A DNA stretch of 64,000 nucleotides from Camelus ferus (taxonomy: Eukaryota), in assembly GCF_009834535.1 (NCBI RefSeq), contig NC_045707.1:19964001-20028000 (forward strand), in the 5' to 3' direction. Under the pieces are notes generated by a model. It worked only from the letters and a program-made list of their open reading frames with translations, had not been told where the DNA came from and searched no databases. This document shows positions 58,690 through 64,000 of the stretch, piece after piece. Numbering within the stretch: the first letter of the stretch is position 1; each line of letters begins with the position of its first letter. Both the position numbers and the translations under genes were made by a program.

Positions 58690-61600
58690 ACCACTGGAGC
58701 AGCCCAGAATGACAGGCTTGATGGATCACCCCCAGGAGGGGAAGAGGGTGGCAATGCCTTTTATATTATGTTTTTACTGAAATGAACTGAAAAAATATGA
58801 AACCAAAAGTATGAACTGTGTTGTCTTTTCATGCCCAGAATTGGCCCTTACGTTAGGCTTGAAAATAGGGGATTCCAGACTGGAAAGAAAAGAGAAGGAA
58901 GAGCTTTGGAAACGATGTAGCACAACGGTAGGAGGAGCCTGAAGCTCTCATTCTTTTGCCATCTGAGATTCCTGCTGGACTCACAAACTAGATAAGCATT
59001 GATTTGGTGCCTATTCAACATAATGTGTTTAGAGTCTAATTATAGCAAGAAGAGGAACCTCTATGAATAAGCTAGGAAACATAAATAAGTGTATGGTAGT
59101 ATAGAATTCTAGAAATTTCTTGTATTCATCCTGATGAAACATAAGGTAAGACAGAGCTTCGTCTTGAAGGAAACAGATCATTCTTCCCTCCCTGCCCTTC
59201 CAGATGGAGGGATCGGCAAGAGCAGACAGGAGGGAGCAAATGGATGTGATCAACTCAGCTGAAAAGGAAAGGCTTTGTCAGATAGGGAGAAATGAGGTAA
59301 GGAATGGTATTTAATGAAAAGCCTTGCTTGGTGGCCTAAGCTTTCAGATTTGATGCCAACAGCAACACTAAAGTATACATTTTATCATCTCCATCACTAG
59401 GCATTGTCAGTCTGGACCATAAGTCTGTCTCCACTTTTTGTGGGTAGAGATTCTGTACTGGGGCATAGGGATGAAAATATAAAGGATACCTTCTCTGAGG
59501 AGCTTCTCAAACACTCTCATGCTGAGGTGTGGCTGTCTCAGGGTTTGGAATGGAACATTTCGGCCCCAGAAAAGCCTCAGGGGGAGAACACCTGTTTTTC
59601 AGGTTTATTCGATTTCAAAGACTTTTTAAACTAAGCACTTTAGAAGCTAAAGGGAGCTTGGAGGTCATCTAGTTTACCTCTGCAGATTTTACAGATGAGG
59701 AGACTGAGACCTAGAGAAATCATAGGTCCTGAAGTTCTATATTTAGTGGCAAAACTGGATCTATAAGTTAGTGTTCTCAAGTGTCAATCTGATCTAATAT
59801 AGCTGTGAAGTAGCTTCTCCTTTAAGTCTTTTTTCCTCCTAAGATCTTGCACTAAGCCCTGGCACACAGATTGAATATAGTCACAAAGCTTTCTCATACC
59901 ACAAATCCCTGTGAAACCTAACAATTAACTAGCCCAGGGTAAGCACCCTGATGTTAGTTGACAACTAAACTCAGGGTCTGGTGCTAATTCCTTCTTCTCT
60001 CATCAGTCATAAGAGATGCTGTCAAATAGTTTTCCACACTAGCTGTTACTAACCTTTATTTCTTCTGTGATGCATGTAAATAATGTTCACATGCTTCATA
60101 TCCCTGTGAGTATACCCAGGATTCTGTCCATTGCCTGCTTGGTGTCTAAAAAGTTCTTACTCTGACACCAGAAAACTTACCAGAGCCTAAGTGAGAGTGC
60201 TCTTATAGGGACCTTGAAACTTTTAATTTACAAAAAAGCAAATTATTTACAAGTTTTAATAAATAAAACAAGTTTAATACTAACCAGTAATAAATTACCT
60301 GGGGTACACCTCACTGGTTTGGCAAGGTATAGCTGTTCAGAACTCTCCAGTCACTGGGACACAGGCATGTCTCATATAAGGAAGAGTGGACATTATTATC
60401 CTTGACTTGATCCTCAGAAAGCCAGGAGGATATACTTTGCATATCTTTTAATTCATATCCCAGGGTAGCACAAGGAATCCATGAATTTATCTGAACCTTT
60501 CTGGAGGCTCACTATAACAAATTATTCTAGTCCAGTATTTGGTAGAGCATACACTCAACCTTGCATATCTGGTTACACCTTAAGTTCTAGATGCCTTCTA
60601 AATGAGTTTATCAGTAAAATGTTAGAATTTAAAGAAACATTCCCAAAGACAGTGTTAAATGAGATCCAGGTGTGACTAGGAAATTGTATATGTGAAAACC
60701 TAGTCCTTTAAAAATAAGTTTTAGAGGATTTTTTGCTGTAAAAAGGATTCAGAACAAGAATAGGATTCCTTTAAATACAGAACAAAGATGAGCAGCAAGG
60801 GGAAAAGAACTAGTATATGATAAATACTCAGAACAAGCACATACACACACTTAGTTAATTGTTACAACTCTAAGAAATATTAGATGTTACTCCCATTTTA
60901 CAAGTGAAGTAACCAGGCTCAAAGAGGGACGGGGGAGCCAAGGCTTCAATCTTATTCCTAGGCCAAAGGAGTCTCCATGTAGTCCCCAGTGGCTATATAA
61001 AGTAATACTTCTTTTATTTCTTTGAAAACTACCTTCAAGTTTGAACATGTGTTCTCTGAATCTAGTAATATACAGTAAAAAAAAAGCACTATGTCCTCTT
61101 TTCAGTCATTTTTCCAGGCTGATTATTCCCTGTAAGAAGTCCATTCTACCTCCCTGGTCATTTTAGGTGCTAAATGTTTGTCTCTCCTACTTTTATTACT
61201 TGCATTCTGGGAGGGTCACCATTTATCATGTATTTCAGGTATGAGGGTACAAAGGTTTTACAGGATGAATAAGACTATAGTTCCTTATCTTTTAAAATAT
61301 CGTTAAATATAGCAACACACTGAACTGATGTGCCAGGAGATAGTTAACAATGACTCAAAAGTCCCCTTCCTGAATTGCAGCTGATTATTTACAGTCATCA
61401 CCATATAAAGTAGCTAGTAGTTAAGATACAGCTTCTGGAGTAAGGCCAACCTAGGTCTGAATTCTAGCAATCCAGTAGCAAGCTATGGCCCTGAGCAGGA
61501 TACTTCATCTAAATCTTGGTTTCCTCCTCTGTAGATATACTAATATTACCTACATCCCTTAGAGTTGTGAGGATTAATTAAGATAATGCATGTACCACAT

Positions 61601-63559
61601 TCAAATAGTATCTGTAAATATTAAGCATTCAATAAATTTTAGCTATTACCCATTAAATAAGAGTTTGGTTTACTGATAATGGATTTAAGTTTAGGCTGCA
61701 TTCTTCCACTTATCCTTGGCCACTAGGGGGCACCGTTGCCTCTGTCCATTTTTAAGAGGTCATCCCAAGGTCAAGATGACCTCAATTCTCAGCCTTCTCT
61801 CCATTGCCCCTTCCAGTTCTCAGGCACTTAGTTGTATTTGGACCTAGAGCTCATTTGGCTGCTTTATGCATGTTAATCCTTCTTTCTTAACTTTTTCCCA
61901 CCTCCCCAGGTCCCAGCCATGTTCAGAGAAACTCTATGCCAGCTCCTAGGAGTTTCCATTTAGTCCCTTTGATCCCTAGGCTTTCCCATTGGCCTTATAC
62001 CACAGGATGCCAGGACTAAATAGCTTCAAAACAAGTCTAAGAAAGTCCTCATGACACTAGGCTCCAGGACACTGTGAACATTATTGTTCCCCACTCTTAC
62101 CCCAATCACTAGGACTCCAAAATAGGTTACCCTTATGGCCACTCAGTAATATCCCTTTGGTAGCCTCACCCTGAGAATGCCTCCTGTCTCTTAGGGCACT
62201 GGAGTTCAGTCCTCTGGTCTGCTGGCTAGTCTCTGGTTAATAGATGATTAACCAGAGAGAAGAAACAAGGCCAGACTATTCTAGGGTTAGGAGGAAACCC
62301 TCTGTGAGATCCTAAATTGGGAGCAAATATTGATCAGTGGAGCTTTGAAGTCACTGAAGAGATAGCTGAGGTCAGTGCTCCTCTGGGACACTGCTTGGCT
62401 TCTCTTTATGACGTTCTTTCCTGAAACCTACCGATCTGATCCCAAGCCAGAGGAGCATTGGTTCATAGGTGTAAAGCTGAGTATGAGAAAACTTGGGAAG
62501 GAAAAATGGTGTCCTTCTTTTTCCAAGTTCAAGCTATAAACTAGGTTCTTTATAAGGTCTATCTAAACCTGGCTTAGATGGTACTGAGACCTCTGAACTT
62601 TATTACTGCTATGTGAGGAGATAAAAGGACTGTTCACTTGGGGCTTGGGTTTGTAGATAAGGTGTCCTGGTCCTTGGGTTAGTTCCCCTCTGTCCTTGGG
62701 TCAATGGAAATGTTAGGCTTAGGGAGGTAGAAAGGTCCTATGGTCTCATCTACCCAGAGGAATTAATGAAGAGTGATTTGTAAGATCACTTTAGTGCCAT
62801 GGTTCATTTAATGGCCTCTAGGGAGCACAGGATAAGCGTGTATAGAAGATAGCCAAGTAAGTGGAAAGGTCCAGAGGCCCTATGGGAGTGACGGGAGTGA
62901 TGTGACAAGAAGGGAGGGTGCCTAAATGCCTTATTTGGGATGAAGTGTTGGTCTGCAACTCCTTATCTTATGGCTAGATACGGGGTGGACTGGCTGTATG
63001 GGGTTATGTGACTGGAGTGACAGTGAGACTAATGCCCAGGACCCAGAGGCTCTGGCCTGTGCTGGAAGCCTTCATATTAAGAGGGCATTTGTAAGACTTG
63101 GATTTCCCGGCACTAGACACACCAACTGACAGCTGGATGGATATTCAAGCTACTGCCTTTGCTTTCCTTCTCTGCATACTGGGGTCTGTTGGTATCTATA
63201 ATACCATGGCTCTACTTACCTCAAATGATCTCCACCAAGTAGCCAACTCTGGCAACACAGCCTGTGTCCACATGATGTCACCTCTCTGGCCATTAAGCCA
63301 TTGACCAAAGACATTGTTCAAAACTGCAGGCCAAGAAAGTAGGAGGAACGGGCCATGATCAGTTGCCGTGATAGTATATTAAGGGGTTGGCTTCCGAGAA
63401 CCTTCAAAGGTCGAAGTCCTTGAGGCTTTTTTCTCTAATATCCACTTCAAATTAACCCCACGTGTGTTAAGGGCAAGGGGAAAAGCCTAAGAAGGAAGTT
63501 AACTGAGTTCTCAGGCAAATACTTAACCACCTACACGCTCCCCTCGGCCCATCCACCCT

Positions 63560-63891
63560 TAATTAGCCTCCCTCGGACGGTCCAATCCTCCCCGCCACAA
63601 CAGCTGTCAACGGCTTAGGACCCGCCCCCCACGCACACTGGACCAATGGCCGAGCCCGGGGCGAGTCCCCTGAGAGGGGGCGGGAGTGCGTTCCGGGCGG
63701 TAGGCGGGGCCTCGCTGAGGACCCCGGGCTGGGCGCCGCTGCCGGCTGGTCTACCCTTTCCCTCAGCCGCCTCCTTTCAACCTTGTCCCCCAGTCGGCGC
63801 GGCCTCTGGTGCGGCGGCGGCGGCGGCTCCCGTTCCTGCCGCAATTCTCTTTCCTCCATCCCTCCCCACCAGATCCCCGAGTCCGCCCGCC
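63560..63891 (+). promoter_or_regulatory. CS CpG-island promoter and 5'UTR
   Basis: High CpG content, two CCAAT boxes (~63582, ~63643) and several GC boxes upstream of the ATG. Confidence 0.75.
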
Positions 63892-63933
63892 ATGGCTTTA
63901 CTCACTGCGGCTGCCCGGCTCTTCGGAGCTAAG
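63892..63933 (+). CDS. CS: Citrate synthase, first coding exon (mitochondrial presequence; 3'-partial)
   Basis: gccATGG context; MALLTAAARLFGAK followed by the donor gtgagc; expected neighbour of CNPY2. Confidence 0.93.
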
Positions 63934-64000
63934 GTGAGCAACTAAGGGACGCAGTGCGCCGTCTTAGGGTGGGGCTGAAGCGACTGCAGGCCCTCAAGCG

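Noticed and set aside
58900-63500. CNPY2-CS intergenic region searched for hidden genes or RNA genes
   Set aside because: Only MIR/L2-like fragments and short ORFs were seen; nothing supportable by eye.

Overview
Mammalian genomic DNA, very likely a camelid (eight copies of a tRNA-derived SINE resembling camelid Vic-1). The window covers the conserved block TIMELESS(3' end, +) - APON/APOF cluster (+) - STAT2 (+) - IL23A (-) - PAN2 (+) - CNPY2 (+) - CS (exon 1, +). Exon models were built by hand from GT/AG sites and reading-frame continuity. The most unusual part is 1-23,000. It looks like an ancient, degenerate three-unit tandem array of [TIMELESS 3' end + APON +/- APOF], containing: (i) one intact apolipoprotein N ORF (6632-7396); (ii) a decayed APOF copy interrupted by an L1 with a 14-bp TSD; (iii) a second, truncated APON whose first 422 bp are 421/422 identical to the intact copy although the flanks are far more diverged (gene conversion or assembly artefact); and (iv) the syntenic APOF, whose signal peptide is out of frame with its body. 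STAT2 exon 20 also carries an apparent +1 frameshift. Both frameshifts could be consensus errors in this gapped assembly and need read-level checks. Gene and repeat-family names come from my recall of known sequences, not from database searches, and identity figures other than the 422-bp tract are by-eye estimates.
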